From: Nitrosopumilus sp.
GTDB lineage: Archaea; Thermoproteota; Nitrososphaeria; Nitrososphaerales; Nitrosopumilaceae
Reading direction: 5' to 3'
DNA: 64,000 bases
NCBI GenBank assembly: GCA_965224195.1
Contig: OZ245040.1
Span: forward strand, 1,824,001 to 1,888,000
Part shown: positions 1 to 10,986 of the stretch, one piece after another
Numbering within the stretch: the first letter of the stretch is position 1
How the letters are laid out: each line of letters begins with the position of its first letter
Made by a program: the position numbers and the translations under genes
The notes under the pieces: generated by a model
Seen by the model: the letters and a program-made list of their open reading frames with translations, nothing else
What the model was told of the DNA's origin: nothing
Database searches by the model: none

Positions 1-267
1 TTCATCAACATTACCTTCCATGAGAACAACAGGGTGCTCAAAGTGTTCTTTTAATCTAGAGCATTGATCAAAAAGTCTTCCATCAAAAACTGAAGCCATA
101 AGATCACGAATACTTTTTCTCTCAACAATTGTTTCAGGAGCAACGATATAATCACCAATTGGAAGTGTTTTCATTTCAATATTCAATCCAATTGATTTTA
201 ACAAATCAGGAATTCCACTTTTTCTCTCTCGTTCATCTACTATGATTCGAAGATTTTCTAAATTCAC
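1..267 (-). CDS. ERCC4-domain (XPF/Hef-type) structure-specific nuclease, 5' part (runs off window)
   Basis: Hand translation from GTG 267: VNLENLRIIVDERERKSGIPDLL...GDYIV...VERKS; VDxRE, GDY and ERK are ERCC4 motifs. Confidence 0.85.
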   Translation of the reverse strand, partial: MNLENLRIIVDERERKSGIPDLLKSIGLNIEMKTLPIGDYIVAPETIVERKSIRDLMASVFDGRLFDQCSRLKEHFEHPVVLMEGNVDE

Positions 268-319
268 AGCATTGCTAAGAAAGAATTGTTAATATCTTGT
301 ATGAAATTAAACTAAAAAA

Positions 320-724
320 TTATTTTCTAGGATTATCTTCTACAGGAGGTGGATTTGGAGGAGGAGCACCTGCAGGGCCACCTTTCATTTGTTCAGTGAT
401 TTTTGCTTCTTGTTCTTTTAGAGTTTCTTTTAGACGTGTTTCTTGTTTTTCAAGAACCACCGCACGAGTTTTAGTAAGTTCAATTCTCTCTTCTAATTCA
501 TCAATTAATTCTTGTTTTTTTGATTTAATCAAAACTGTACCAGCTTGTTTAAAGACAGAATCACCATCAGCAACTTTTCGTAGTTCTTCAAGAGCTTTTC
601 CTGTTTCTGCATTTTCAATTTCAAGATGTTGTTTTTGTTGCATTACAGATTGAAGGTTCTGTTGAGATTGTTGCATTTTCATTATTTGTTCTTGAAGCCA
701 TGGTGGCATTTGTCCTGCTGACAT
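320..724 (-). CDS. pfdB: Prefoldin beta subunit
   Basis: Coiled coils flanking VFKQAGTVLIK hairpin; conserved position after exosome/pcc1 cluster. Confidence 0.92.
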   Translation of the reverse strand: MSAGQMPPWLQEQIMKMQQSQQNLQSVMQQKQHLEIENAETGKALEELRKVADGDSVFKQAGTVLIKSKKQELIDELEERIELTKTRAVVLEKQETRLKETLKEQEAKITEQMKGGPAGAPPPNPPPVEDNPRK

Positions 725-747
725 AATTTACCAAAAAATTTGTTTCA

Positions 748-993
748 TTATATCTTTACCGATTCTATTGAATCATAACTTGCCTGAATTAATCGAAGAG
801 TTGAATTCAAGTTTGCTCTAAGATGAGTTAATTGTTCAGTTTCAACAGAAATGGTAATTTTTTCATCAAAAATTATCTGGGTTTTCACAGGGTTTTCAGG
901 ATAAAACTCATTATCAGTATTTACAGAATCAAAAATTGCTTTCGTCTTGTCTTTTGCATCAACGATGATTTCTGCACTAAAGTTTAATGTCAT
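748..993 (-). CDS. pcc1: KEOPS complex subunit Pcc1
   Basis: 81 aa, C-terminal LRANLNSTLRLI motif; synteny with rpl37ae/pfdB. Confidence 0.85.
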   Translation of the reverse strand: MTLNFSAEIIVDAKDKTKAIFDSVNTDNEFYPENPVKTQIIFDEKITISVETEQLTHLRANLNSTLRLIQASYDSIESVKI

Positions 994-1198
994 ATGCAGT
1001 TCCGGCTACTTTATAGCTGCATTTTTTACAAGACCAAATTCCAACGGCATCACGTCCAAAGTTTTGTGAACCACATTCAGGACAAGTTCGTTTTTCTTTT
1101 AATGTATAATGAACTTTTGAATATTGTTTTCTAAGTTTAATTCCGTAACGAGCACCTAATCCTTTAAGGGCTTTTTTTGCTTTAGAGTGTTTAACCAT
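977..1198 (-). CDS. rpl37ae: 50S ribosomal protein L37Ae (eL43)
   Basis: GARYG, CPEC...GIWSCKKC zinc ribbon. Confidence 0.95.
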   Translation of the reverse strand: MVKHSKAKKALKGLGARYGIKLRKQYSKVHYTLKEKRTCPECGSQNFGRDAVGIWSCKKCSYKVAGTAYDIKL

Positions 1199-1199
1199 T

Positions 1200-2018
1200 T
1201 TACTGACTACCTTTTTGGGCTGCTTTTATTACTTCTCTTATTTTTGCACCTACACGTACAGAGATTTCACCACATTGATTAATTTCATCTTGTGTAAATC
1301 CATCACTACCACCTTTTTGTAATGCAACAATATTTCCATCAGAATCACTAGTAATTGTAATACGAGCATCCATACTAGCCCATTCATCCCCATTTGGATC
1401 AACTATGATATGACTACCAATTTTTCCCATAGTTACAGATACTGGGATTGTTGCAGTTGGTAAAGCAGTTTCTTCACCTTCAGCAAGTTGTGGTAGGTCA
1501 TCAACCCAATTCCATTTTGGGGTTGTTGATGTAAGTAAAGCGGCAGTTGCAGCATAAGAGCATGCATCAAAGAGATTTCCATCATAATCAACAACAACAA
1601 TATCAGCAAATACACCAATCACAGATTTGTCTTTTTCAATAACCAATTGAGAAACATCAACCATGTGGCTTTCTCTAATTCCTCTATCAACAACTCTTGC
1701 TAATTCAATTACATGTGGTTGTGGAGGCCCAGTTTCTACTGTTGGATGAGATAATGGTAAGAGTTCAGCAGTACAAATGAAAAGACCACGATCACCAGTA
1801 TCTGGGAAAGGTCTATCAGGTTTAATTTTTACCCCACAAATTGTTTCAGTATCACCAAGATAGACTCTTGCTGAACCGTTTGCGTGTGGAATTGCATTAA
1901 TTTCAATTTTGATTTCACGTGGCTCATCAAGAGCACGTCCATCAACACGTTTTCCTTGTTCTAATAATTCAAGAATTTGTGCTTTCTTTAATTGATCAAT
2001 AACAGAAACAGATGCCAA
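1200..2018 (-). CDS. rrp42: Exosome subunit Rrp42
   Basis: RNase PH fold: GKRVDGR, DYDGNLFDA. Confidence 0.95.
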   Translation of the reverse strand: MASVSVIDQLKKAQILELLEQGKRVDGRALDEPREIKIEINAIPHANGSARVYLGDTETICGVKIKPDRPFPDTGDRGLFICTAELLPLSHPTVETGPPQPHVIELARVVDRGIRESHMVDVSQLVIEKDKSVIGVFADIVVVDYDGNLFDACSYAATAALLTSTTPKWNWVDDLPQLAEGEETALPTATIPVSVTMGKIGSHIIVDPNGDEWASMDARITITSDSDGNIVALQKGGSDGFTQDEINQCGEISVRVGAKIREVIKAAQKGSQ

Positions 2019-2020
2019 TT

Positions 2021-2755
2021 TTAGTCTCCTCCATTTCCAAAGTATTTGTCTTTGAGTGCCTTCTTTTGTAGTTCGTAAACAATTTTACAACCCTTTACTC
2101 CAACATCAACACATTTTTTGTATTCTTCAGGAGTCAAAACTCCATCTAATTGTAATAGTGTAATTTTATCAAGACTTGGCATGTAACCAATTGGCATATC
2201 TGCTTGACCTGCTTGATCTTCTTCATTGTTAACATCAAGAATGATAGTATCTGCAACTTTTCCAGATGCAACTGCTGCAACCATATCTCGCATTGGAATT
2301 CCAGCATCAGCTAATGCAACAGATGCTGCAGTAAGTGCAGCGCATCTTGTTCCACCATCGGCTTGTAATACTTCAATAAATACATCAACTGCAGTTCTTG
2401 GGAATTTCTCCAACATTACTGCAGGTTCTAGTGCTTCTTTGATTACTTTGGATATTTCAATTTCTCTTCTTGAAGGTGCAGGGTTTTTTCTATCACCAAC
2501 AGAGAATGGTTCCATGTGATATCTAACTCTTAAAATTCCAGTATCAGTATTTGACATGTGTTTTGGGTGTACATCTCTTGGACCAAAAACTCCAACCAAA
2601 ATTTTATTATCACCAAATTCAATGTAAGCAGAACCATCAGCGTTTTTCAATCCACCGGCTCTAATCATAATTCGTCGGGTCTCGTCTATTTTACGACCAT
2701 CACAACGAACACCATTCTCGTCCAATAGGACCATTGTTGCGTCTCGTCCGCCCAT
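2021..2755 (-). CDS. rrp41: Exosome catalytic subunit Rrp41
   Basis: ADGSAYIEFG, PSRREIEISKV, QADGGTR. Confidence 0.96.
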   Translation of the reverse strand: MGGRDATMVLLDENGVRCDGRKIDETRRIMIRAGGLKNADGSAYIEFGDNKILVGVFGPRDVHPKHMSNTDTGILRVRYHMEPFSVGDRKNPAPSRREIEISKVIKEALEPAVMLEKFPRTAVDVFIEVLQADGGTRCAALTAASVALADAGIPMRDMVAAVASGKVADTIILDVNNEEDQAGQADMPIGYMPSLDKITLLQLDGVLTPEEYKKCVDVGVKGCKIVYELQKKALKDKYFGNGGD

Positions 2756-3438
2756 TAAGTTTCATCATCCTTTATTTCTAACATTTCTTTAATCTGGTCA
2801 GTCAAATTAGCAACATGTGCTTTCTGATCAACCATTTCAATTGCTTTTTTAGCCTTTAATAATCCCTCGGGAGTTTCACAAGAAACTACAACCCAGCCAT
2901 TCTGACCAATTGTAACTGCAGCATTGGTAGCCATTTCAATCATCTGAATCATACTGCCTCTCTTTCCAATTAGGCGTGGAACTTTACTTGGTGAAATTTT
3001 AACTAAATCACCAGAGTCAATTGCACCTAAATCTCTATCAGAGATTGTAACCAGAGGATCTCTTGTTCTATCAAAATTAGCAATTCTTGCTGCCACTAGA
3101 TCTCCTGTTTTTAGTTTAGTTGCAAGTTCATCAGCATGTGCAGAAAAGTCTCGTCCAAAAACATCTTGTGCAGGCAAAAATCCAGCATAACATGAATTAA
3201 TATCAAGTTCCCAAGATAGTGATGTGTGTGAATTTACTTTACCAATGACAAGATCATCAATTTTTGGGATATATTTTCCAGTTAACGTAATTACACGAAC
3301 TGAATCTTCATAAATTTCAGAAATACCTATAGTTGTAGAAATTATCTTTTCTCCTTCAAGGATTACATTTTGTTCAGGTCTAAATGGACCAGTAGTTACA
3401 ACATCGCCTGGAATAACATATTTTCTTTTATTATCCAT
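2755..3438 (-). CDS. rrp4: Exosome RNA-binding cap Rrp4
   Basis: S1 domain plus KH motif VPRLIGKRGSMI. Confidence 0.95.
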   Translation of the reverse strand: MDNKRKYVIPGDVVTTGPFRPEQNVILEGEKIISTTIGISEIYEDSVRVITLTGKYIPKIDDLVIGKVNSHTSLSWELDINSCYAGFLPAQDVFGRDFSAHADELATKLKTGDLVAARIANFDRTRDPLVTISDRDLGAIDSGDLVKISPSKVPRLIGKRGSMIQMIEMATNAAVTIGQNGWVVVSCETPEGLLKAKKAIEMVDQKAHVANLTDQIKEMLEIKDDET

Positions 3439-4124
3439 TATTGAACTACCTCAACTGAAGCTGAGCCCTTGGTTATAGAACCTAATCTGTCTATCACATT
3501 TGGCCTTGCTGCAGCGGGTATTTCAAGTATTGCTTTTAATGAACCATTATTTTGCCATTCTTCAGATTGTAAAGAACCTACAGATTTTAGCACTGCATAT
3601 GATTGAGATGCAAATTGTGCCGGAATTACAATTTCCAATTTTAGGCTTTCTGATTTTAGTGCAATTATGGAACGCAGTTGTTCTACAATATCTTTTACCT
3701 GCTCATCAACGCTTTTTTGAGGATCAACTGAAACTCGTCCATCTTTCATAGCCTGCTCAATCCTCAATGGAGGATGTGGCAAATGTGATTTAGGATCTAC
3801 GTATGTTTTAGCAATATATGTGACAATCTGTTTTTTCTTGTCTTCCACCATTTTTCTTCTTTGATCAGTAGTAAGATTCAGATCACCTTTCTCAAGGATT
3901 ATCTGAGCAATTTCAGTCTGGTCTTCAGTTTTGAATGCTTTTAATAATTTCTCAGCAGAAGGTCTTGTACCTTTTCCAGAATCAGTGTAAATTTCATCAG
4001 ATACCAAAACAGCGGAAATATCTTTTTTCTTCCCTATTTTGTAATCTAACGCAGGATCAGGTTTTACCATAATCTCAAATTTTTCCCCTTCAAAGGAATA
4101 TCTCACTAATGTTACATCGACCAT
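3438..4124 (-). CDS. sdo1: Ribosome maturation factor SBDS/Sdo1
   Basis: GEKFEI, LTTDQRRKM, PHPPLRIE motifs; exosome operon. Confidence 0.95.
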   Translation of the reverse strand: MVDVTLVRYSFEGEKFEIMVKPDPALDYKIGKKKDISAVLVSDEIYTDSGKGTRPSAEKLLKAFKTEDQTEIAQIILEKGDLNLTTDQRRKMVEDKKKQIVTYIAKTYVDPKSHLPHPPLRIEQAMKDGRVSVDPQKSVDEQVKDIVEQLRSIIALKSESLKLEIVIPAQFASQSYAVLKSVGSLQSEEWQNNGSLKAILEIPAAARPNVIDRLGSITKGSASVEVVQ

Positions 4125-4184
4125 TTCTAAAATAGATATGAGGATTTGCTATTTATCTATACGTAAAACTAGCTAGATTTTTAT

Positions 4185-4850
4185 GTGGACTTTGAAGATT
4201 TTGTTCAAGATTTGTCATCCTTAGAGGTAATTAGTAACGATAATCAAAAGATATCTGTAAAGCTAAAAGGCATTCCATTGCAGTATGCAAATGCACTTAG
4301 ACGTGTATGTCTAAACGGAGTTCCAGTTTTTGCAATTGATACAGTAGATATTATTGAAAATTCTTCAGTATTACCAGATGAAGGTTTAGCCCACAGATTA
4401 GGACTTATTCCAATAACTACAGATTTGAGTAGATTCAATGAGCCATCAAAATGTGAATGTCAAAGTGAAACAGGATGTTCAAATTGCAAAGTAATGCTAG
4501 TCTTAGATTCAGGAGACTCTGATGTTACGAGATCTCTTCTCACTAGTGAGTTATCTTCTGAAGATGATTCAATTAAACCAGTTTCAGATAAAATTCCAAT
4601 TGTTCAATTAGCACCAGGTCAAAGAATCAAAATTGAGTGCTATGCCAGACTAGGACGTGGAACCGAACACGCAAAATGGAATTCTGCAAATGTTTCAACT
4701 CTTACAGATACTGACAAAGAAGATATCAAAGTACTAACTGTTGAATCAACAGGAGCCCTCAAACCAGAGCAAATCATTGTTTCGGGAGTCGATGAGGTCA
4801 GCAATAGAATAGGTCAATTTAAAGAAATGATTGACCAAGTTAAAGTATAA
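4185..4850 (+). CDS. rpo3: DNA-directed RNA polymerase subunit D (Rpo3); true start possibly TTG ~4212
   Basis: ANALRR, DEGLAHRLGLIP, EHAKW. Confidence 0.95.
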   Translation: MDFEDFVQDLSSLEVISNDNQKISVKLKGIPLQYANALRRVCLNGVPVFAIDTVDIIENSSVLPDEGLAHRLGLIPITTDLSRFNEPSKCECQSETGCSNCKVMLVLDSGDSDVTRSLLTSELSSEDDSIKPVSDKIPIVQLAPGQRIKIECYARLGRGTEHAKWNSANVSTLTDTDKEDIKVLTVESTGALKPEQIIVSGVDEVSNRIGQFKEMIDQVKV

Positions 4851-4894
4851 TTAAGCATAGACATTATATTTGGGTTTCAAACCGCATTATTCAC

Positions 4895-5242
4895 ATGACT
4901 AGTCAAGTCGTAATACACATGGCAAAAGATCTAAAGAAAGCATCTACAAAGAATGATGTTGCAATTTGGGGAAAATTAGCAGAATATGCATTAAAACCAT
5001 CTATTGCAAGAAGAGATCTCAATTTGAATAGAATCGATCAATTAACCAAAGAAAACGACATTGTAGTATTACCAGGCAAAGTACTTGGAACAGGTAATAT
5101 TTCACATAAAATTACATTATTCTCATTTTCAATTTCAGATGCTGCAGCAGCCAAAGTAGTAGAAAATGGTGGGAAATTAATCTCACATACAGATTTAATT
5201 GAACAAAACCCAACTGGGAAAGGAGTAGTACTACTTGGCTAA
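4895..5242 (+). CDS. rpl18e: 50S ribosomal protein L18e
   Basis: VVLPGKVLGTG motif; rpoD-L18e-L13-S9 order. Confidence 0.95.
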   Translation: MTSQVVIHMAKDLKKASTKNDVAIWGKLAEYALKPSIARRDLNLNRIDQLTKENDIVVLPGKVLGTGNISHKITLFSFSISDAAAAKVVENGGKLISHTDLIEQNPTGKGVVLLG

Positions 5243-5744
5243 TGGAAGAATTAACAGACCTGCTGGAATAAATTCAAACACGTCTAAACAAGAAGTTGTA
5301 ATTAGAACAGATAGACCAATTGTTGTAGATGCAACTAATCACATTGCTGGAAGAGTAGCATCAAATGTTGCAAAATTACTAATGCAAGGACACAGAGTTT
5401 CAGTTGTTAATTGTGAAAAAATCATGATGAGTGGAACAAGAAGTAATCAAATTAAAGAGCAAAGAGAATTTTTAGAAATTAACAGCATCATCAATTACAA
5501 ACACGGTCCTGTACACTATAGAAGACCAGATACTTTGATGGCAAAAATGATTCGTCAAATGTTACCATATGATAGAAAACCATCAGGTAAAGCAGCACAC
5601 CAAAGACTCAGAACATACATTGGTTCTCCTAAAGAAATTAAATCACTAGAAAAAATTCAATTTGAAAAAGCATTGATTAAAAAAACTCCATCAAACTATA
5701 CTGCACTTGGGGAATTATGTAGAATAATAGGGTGGACTGAATGA
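5235..5744 (+). CDS. rpl13: 50S ribosomal protein L13 (uL13)
   Basis: VDATNHIAGRVAS, GPVHYRRP, IRQMLP. Confidence 0.95.
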   Translation: MANGRINRPAGINSNTSKQEVVIRTDRPIVVDATNHIAGRVASNVAKLLMQGHRVSVVNCEKIMMSGTRSNQIKEQREFLEINSIINYKHGPVHYRRPDTLMAKMIRQMLPYDRKPSGKAAHQRLRTYIGSPKEIKSLEKIQFEKALIKKTPSNYTALGELCRIIGWTE

Positions 5745-6190
5745 CAACTCCAAAAACTGAAATTTATTTTGCAACAAGAAAAACAGCTAGTGCCCACGTT
5801 TACATTACTAAAGGAAAAGGTAAAGTTAGAATTAACAACGTTCCAGTAGAAATGATTCCACAAGAAACTGCTCGTGAAGTAATTCTAGCACCACTAGAGA
5901 TTACAGGAGATTTGAGAGATAAAATTGATATTTCTGTCAGAGTTAGAGGTGGCGGTTTTATGGGTCAAGCAAGTGCAATAGCAACTGGAATTTCAAGAGC
6001 ACTAATAGGATGGACAAAATCTAAAAAAGAACCAAAAGATCATCCTTTCCCAAAATCCACTAGAGAAGATCTTAGAAAACGAATCACTGATTTTGACAAA
6101 TACCTAGTCAGTGGAGATGCTAGAAGAAAAGAACCAAAGAAATTTGGCGGACCTGGTGCAAGAAGAAGAAAGCAAAAATCATACCGTTAG
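5741..6190 (+). CDS. rps9: 30S ribosomal protein S9 (uS9)
   Basis: C-terminal EPKKFGGPGARRRKQKSYR. Confidence 0.97.
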   Translation: MTTPKTEIYFATRKTASAHVYITKGKGKVRINNVPVEMIPQETAREVILAPLEITGDLRDKIDISVRVRGGGFMGQASAIATGISRALIGWTKSKKEPKDHPFPKSTREDLRKRITDFDKYLVSGDARRKEPKKFGGPGARRRKQKSYR

Positions 6191-6193
6191 GCT

Positions 6194-6913
6194 GTGAAGG
6201 CTGTAATTCTTGCAGGCGGCAAGGGAACCAGAGGTAAACCATATACTGAATATTTTCCAAAAGCAATGACCCCAATCAATGGAAAACCAATGATAGATTA
6301 CATTGTAAAATATCTAAAATCATTTAGTTTTGTAGATGAGGTGATAATCATATCAGATTATAATGGATTAGGAGGACAAGTCAAAAACTATTATGGAAAT
6401 CAAAAAAATATTACTTTTGTTCAAGATTCACAGAGTGGGACAGGAGGAGATCTATTACACATTGCAAACAAGCTCAAAAATGAATCAGAATTTGTGTTAT
6501 GGTTTGTAGATAACTTGTGTGCAATAGATCTAAAGAAAATGAAACAAATTTTCAAAGAAAAGAAAAGTTCTGCGTGTATTGCAACTAGAACCAAAAGAAA
6601 AGAAGAATCAGGGTTTGCTACAGTGGAGGATGGAATAATAAAAGAATTTAAAGAAAAACCAGTAATGAAATTACAATTATCAGAATGTCTAGGAGTTTAC
6701 ATGTTAGGTAAAGACATTATCAAAAAAATTAAAGCAAAACAAAAACAAAAAGAAATTAATCTCTCATTTGATATTTTACAGGAGTTATCTAAAGAAGGAA
6801 AAATTAGTGCATTTGATATAGGTGAAAAAGGATGGATAGATGCAGAATCCCCAATGGTTTTAGAAAGAAATGAGAAAACAGTAAAGAAGATTATAAAACA
6901 GATGGGATTTTAG
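6194..6913 (+). CDS. Sugar-phosphate nucleotidyltransferase (NTP_transferase family)
   Basis: AVILAGGKGTR...PKAM motif. Confidence 0.85.
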   Translation: MKAVILAGGKGTRGKPYTEYFPKAMTPINGKPMIDYIVKYLKSFSFVDEVIIISDYNGLGGQVKNYYGNQKNITFVQDSQSGTGGDLLHIANKLKNESEFVLWFVDNLCAIDLKKMKQIFKEKKSSACIATRTKRKEESGFATVEDGIIKEFKEKPVMKLQLSECLGVYMLGKDIIKKIKAKQKQKEINLSFDILQELSKEGKISAFDIGEKGWIDAESPMVLERNEKTVKKIIKQMGF

Positions 6914-7475
6914 ATTGTTTTTCAAAATCTGAAATTTTATCTTCATATTGAAAAGTGATTGCAATATCATCTAGTCCTTCTAAAAGGACTTTTTTCTGGT
7001 ATGACTCTATCTCAAAAGATATTTCACTAGATGGAGTTTTAATAATTTGAGTTTCCAAATCTACTTCAATTATTCCAGTTTCTTGTAACAGTTTTTCTAC
7101 AATTGTTTGGTCTAAGGTAATTGGTAAAACTCCATTTTTGAAACAATTACTAAAGAAAATATCTGCAAAAGAAGGGGCAATAATTACTGCAAATCCATAA
7201 TCAAGTAAGGCCCAAACAGCATGTTCACGACTAGAACCACAGCCAAAATTGTCTCCTGCTACGAGAATTTGTGAATTTTCATACTTTGGATTATTTAAGA
7301 CAAAATCAGGTTTTTTATTTTCTTGTTCATCATATCTCCAATTAAAAAATAGAAATTTTCCAAATCCAGATTTTTGAACTAGTTTTAAGAATTGTTTTGG
7401 AACAATTTGATCAGTATCCACATTTACTTTATCAAGTGGAGTCACAATACTAGTTATTTTTTTGAAAGAGTCCAT
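6891..7475 (-). CDS. leuD: 3-isopropylmalate dehydratase small subunit
   Basis: [28 protein letters not shown]. Confidence 0.95.
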   Translation of the reverse strand: MDSFKKITSIVTPLDKVNVDTDQIVPKQFLKLVQKSGFGKFLFFNWRYDEQENKKPDFVLNNPKYENSQILVAGDNFGCGSSREHAVWALLDYGFAVIIAPSFADIFFSNCFKNGVLPITLDQTIVEKLLQETGIIEVDLETQIIKTPSSEISFEIESYQKKVLLEGLDDIAITFQYEDKISDFEKQSKIPSVL

Positions 7476-7476
7476 C

Positions 7477-8892
7477 TTAATTCAAATCCATTTTCCGTAC
7501 ATCTACAAAATGCCCATGAATTGCAGCAGCTGCTGCCATCACAGGACTAACCAAATGAGTTTGTCCCCCTGCACCTTGTCTACCTTCAAAGTTTCTATTG
7601 GATGTACTTGCACATCTCTCTCCAGGAGATAAAATATCAGGATTCATTCCAAGACACATACTACAACCAGCTTCACGCCATTCAAAATTAGCATTAATGA
7701 AAATTTTATCAAGACCCATTTCTTCAGCCTGTTTTTTTACCATTTGAGAACCAGGGACCACCATTGCTTGAACGTGTGGGGAGATTTTTTGCCCCTTGAT
7801 TACTTTGGACGCTTCAATAAGATCTTCTAATCTAGCATTGGTACATGAACCAATAAACACTCTATCTATTTTGATATCTTCAACTAGAGTTCCAGGTTCC
7901 AGAGCCATATATTCAAGTGCTTTTTCAGCCCCTCTCTTTTGATTTGAATCACCATTAGAAAATTCATCAGGGGTAGGAATAGAATCTGTAACGTTACATG
8001 TCATGCCAGGATTTGTCCCCCAACTAACTTGAGGAGCAATATCATCAATGTGTAAAGTAAATTCTTTTTCAAACTTCGCATCACTGTCAGTTTTTAATTC
8101 ATCCTTCCAAGAATCAACTAGAAACTCATAGTTCTTTGGAGTATATTCTCTATCTCGTAGATAATCAAAAGTTTTTTCATCAGGTGCTATCAATCCTGCA
8201 CGAGCACCTGCCTCAATAGACATGTTACAGATAGTCATTCGTTGCTCCATAGAAAGATCAGTGATTCCTTCACCACGATATTCAATTACAGTGCCAGTTC
8301 CCCCACCAGTTCCGATATTTTTGATAATAGATAGAATGATATCTTTCGCAGTTACTGCATGGGGATTTTTTCTTTTTCCTTCAACTCTGATTTCAAAAGG
8401 TTTTGGTTTTTCTAGCCACATACTTTGAGATGCTAAGACATGCTCCACATCACTAGTTCCAATACCTAAGGCGAGTGCTCCAAAAGCCCCATGTGTAGAT
8501 GTGTGGCTATCACCACAAACAATGGTAGAACCAGGTAGAGTAATTCCCAACTGAGGACCAATTACATGAACAATTCCTTGATTCGGACTATTAACATCAA
8601 ATAATTTAATTCCAAAATCTTTACAGTTTTTTTCAAGTGTTTTAATTTGAACAGAAGATGTTTGTTCTAAAATTGGTAAAGAGCGGTCAGTTGTTGGAAC
8701 ATTATGATCCATTGTAGCAATGGTAAGATCAGGTCGTCTAACTTTTCTGTTACTCATACGCAACCCTTCAAAAGCTTGGGGAGAGGTTACTTCGTGAACT
8801 AAATGTCTATCAATGTAAATTAATGATGGACTATTTTGTTTTTCAACAACAATGTGAGATTCCCAGATTTTTTCAAAAAGAGTTTTTCCCAT
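7477..8892 (-). CDS. leuC: 3-isopropylmalate dehydratase large subunit (start reset to MGKTL)
   Basis: [41 protein letters not shown]. Confidence 0.95.
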   Translation of the reverse strand: MGKTLFEKIWESHIVVEKQNSPSLIYIDRHLVHEVTSPQAFEGLRMSNRKVRRPDLTIATMDHNVPTTDRSLPILEQTSSVQIKTLEKNCKDFGIKLFDVNSPNQGIVHVIGPQLGITLPGSTIVCGDSHTSTHGAFGALALGIGTSDVEHVLASQSMWLEKPKPFEIRVEGKRKNPHAVTAKDIILSIIKNIGTGGGTGTVIEYRGEGITDLSMEQRMTICNMSIEAGARAGLIAPDEKTFDYLRDREYTPKNYEFLVDSWKDELKTDSDAKFEKEFTLHIDDIAPQVSWGTNPGMTCNVTDSIPTPDEFSNGDSNQKRGAEKALEYMALEPGTLVEDIKIDRVFIGSCTNARLEDLIEASKVIKGQKISPHVQAMVVPGSQMVKKQAEEMGLDKIFINANFEWREAGCSMCLGMNPDILSPGERCASTSNRNFEGRQGAGGQTHLVSPVMAAAAAIHGHFVDVRKMDLN

Positions 8893-8893
8893 T

Positions 8894-9385
8894 TTAATCC
8901 TGGTCTGGCTTGTACTTGAAGAGTCCACCTGCAGCAATTATTTTTCCAATGATTTCTGAAAATGGTTTCATTTTGTATGTTTGATTTTTTGTAATATTTT
9001 TAATTTCATTTTTAGATACATCAATATCTATTTCATCACTTTCTGAAATCCCATCATATGCATCTTGGTCTATTTCAATAGGTAACAAAAATGCCCCATC
9101 AACTGAATTTCGATAAAAAATTCTTGCAAAAGATAATGCAAGAACAGCCCTTACTCCTGAATGCGATAGTGCAATTGGAGCATGTTCACGAGAAGAGCCA
9201 CAACCAAAATTTTTACCAGATAAAATAAAATCGCCTTCTTTTACTTTAGAATGAAAATCAGGATCTAATCCCTCCATTGCATGTGTTGCAAGTTCTGCAT
9301 AATCATGAATTTTCAAATATGTGCCAGGAATGATAACATCAGTATCAATATTGTCCCTAGCATACTTTATGACGCTACCTTTCAT
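8894..9385 (-). CDS. Archaeal-type (homo)aconitase/IPMI small subunit (HacB/LeuD2)
   Basis: [24 protein letters not shown]. Confidence 0.85.
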   Translation of the reverse strand: MKGSVIKYARDNIDTDVIIPGTYLKIHDYAELATHAMEGLDPDFHSKVKEGDFILSGKNFGCGSSREHAPIALSHSGVRAVLALSFARIFYRNSVDGAFLLPIEIDQDAYDGISESDEIDIDVSKNEIKNITKNQTYKMKPFSEIIGKIIAAGGLFKYKPDQD

Positions 9386-10653
9386 TACAAATCCCTCGGG
9401 TCAGTAATTTTCCCAGTTACTGCAGAAGCTGCTGCCACTAGTGGGGATGCAAGATAGGTTTGAGACTCTACATGGCCCATTCTACCAGGGAAATTCCTGT
9501 TAGTTGTACTGATACAAATTTCATCTTTTGCCAAAACTCCCATATGGGCTCCACAGCAGGCACCACAAGTTGGTGGTCCAACTGTAACTCCAGCATCTAA
9601 GAAAATTTTTAACAATCCATTCTCCATCGCTCTCTGATAAATTGAAATTGCGGCAGGTAAAATTTCTGTTCTAATCTTTACTTTTCTTCCCTTTAGGATT
9701 CTTGCTGCAGCTTCCAAATCTTCATATTTTGCTCCAGTGCAAGAACCAATGTAGGATTTATCCAATTCAACTGAAGGAGATTCCCTTACAGCACATGTAT
9801 TTTCAGGAGAGAATGGTTTTGCTATAGTAGGTTCCATCTCTGAACTTTCATATTCAAAAACTTTAGAATATTCAGCATCATCATCACCTTTGACTAAATT
9901 AAAATTGGTCGCCCCTCTCTGAGTGAGATAATCAACTACTTTTTGATCTGGTTCAACAATACCATTCTTTGCGCCAGCTTCAGTTGTCATGTTACATAAC
10001 GTTAGTCTACTTTCTACAGACATTTCATCAATACCACTTCCACCAAACTGCATTGTTTGGTATGCGCCGCCATCATTTCCAATGTCCCCAACAATTTTTA
10101 GAATTAGATCTTTAGCCATGACATGTTCAGGCAATTTCCCATTTATCTTAAAATAAAAAGTTTCAGGAACTTTGAACCAAATTTCTCCATTAAGTAAAAC
10201 ATATGCAATATCTGTATGCCCCAATCCACATGCAAATGCACCTAATGCACCAGTGGTATTAGTGTGAGAATCTCCGCCAACATAGACATCACCTGGCATT
10301 ACCATTGCTTCTTCATGGGATATGGTATGGCAAATTCCATACTGACCCATTCCATATTTGAAATGTTTTTCAATTCCGTATTGTTTAGTGAATTTAGATA
10401 ATTTTACAATATTTTCAGCAGATACTTTTTCAGCAGACGGAACAAAGTGATCTTCTGCCACCCAAACTTTAGTTGGATCCCATAATTTGTCTACTGAAAT
10501 CCCTTGTTTCTTTAGTTTATCAAATACCTTAATGACTCCAGGTCCAGATACATCATGCATCATTACCTTGTCTACTTTAGCAAAAACCACATCATCAGGG
10601 GCAACTGAAGACTTTCCTGCACCACGAGCAAGAATCTTCTCTACAATATTCAT
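9385..10653 (-). CDS. Archaeal-type (homo)aconitase/IPMI large subunit (HacA/LeuC2); start reset to MNIVEKI
   Basis: GDSHT, IGSCT, CGACCG, STTNRNFPGRMG. Confidence 0.88.
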   Translation of the reverse strand: MNIVEKILARGAGKSSVAPDDVVFAKVDKVMMHDVSGPGVIKVFDKLKKQGISVDKLWDPTKVWVAEDHFVPSAEKVSAENIVKLSKFTKQYGIEKHFKYGMGQYGICHTISHEEAMVMPGDVYVGGDSHTNTTGALGAFACGLGHTDIAYVLLNGEIWFKVPETFYFKINGKLPEHVMAKDLILKIVGDIGNDGGAYQTMQFGGSGIDEMSVESRLTLCNMTTEAGAKNGIVEPDQKVVDYLTQRGATNFNLVKGDDDAEYSKVFEYESSEMEPTIAKPFSPENTCAVRESPSVELDKSYIGSCTGAKYEDLEAAARILKGRKVKIRTEILPAAISIYQRAMENGLLKIFLDAGVTVGPPTCGACCGAHMGVLAKDEICISTTNRNFPGRMGHVESQTYLASPLVAAASAVTGKITDPRDL

Positions 10654-10705
10654 AATCAAAAAAGATTTTCTACAGATTAAAAGCTTTTCAGGATCCAATC
10701 TAGAG

Positions 10706-10927
10706 TTAAATTTTTAATTTTCCAGTATCAAGACCGTGTTTAACTATAGAAATCAACTCTTCAACAGAACAATTTCTCAAAGAATCAGGCAAAGATTCAG
10801 CCTCAAATGATTGAAAACTGCCTATTCTTTTTCTAACAAGCATCTTTACAAGACTAGGAACATCTTCAGCGATTTTTGTATTGATATGATCTAAAATTTC
10901 ATCTATTTCATTTTGTTCTATTTTCAA
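10706..10927 (-). CDS. Hypothetical protein
   Basis: 73-aa ORF co-oriented with the downstream aconitase genes. Confidence 0.6.
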   Translation of the reverse strand: MKIEQNEIDEILDHINTKIAEDVPSLVKMLVRKRIGSFQSFEAESLPDSLRNCSVEELISIVKHGLDTGKLKI

Positions 10928-10986
10928 TCTCTAAGAGATTCTAATTATTCACAACAATAAAAAAGAAAAGGAACACGCAAAATATT

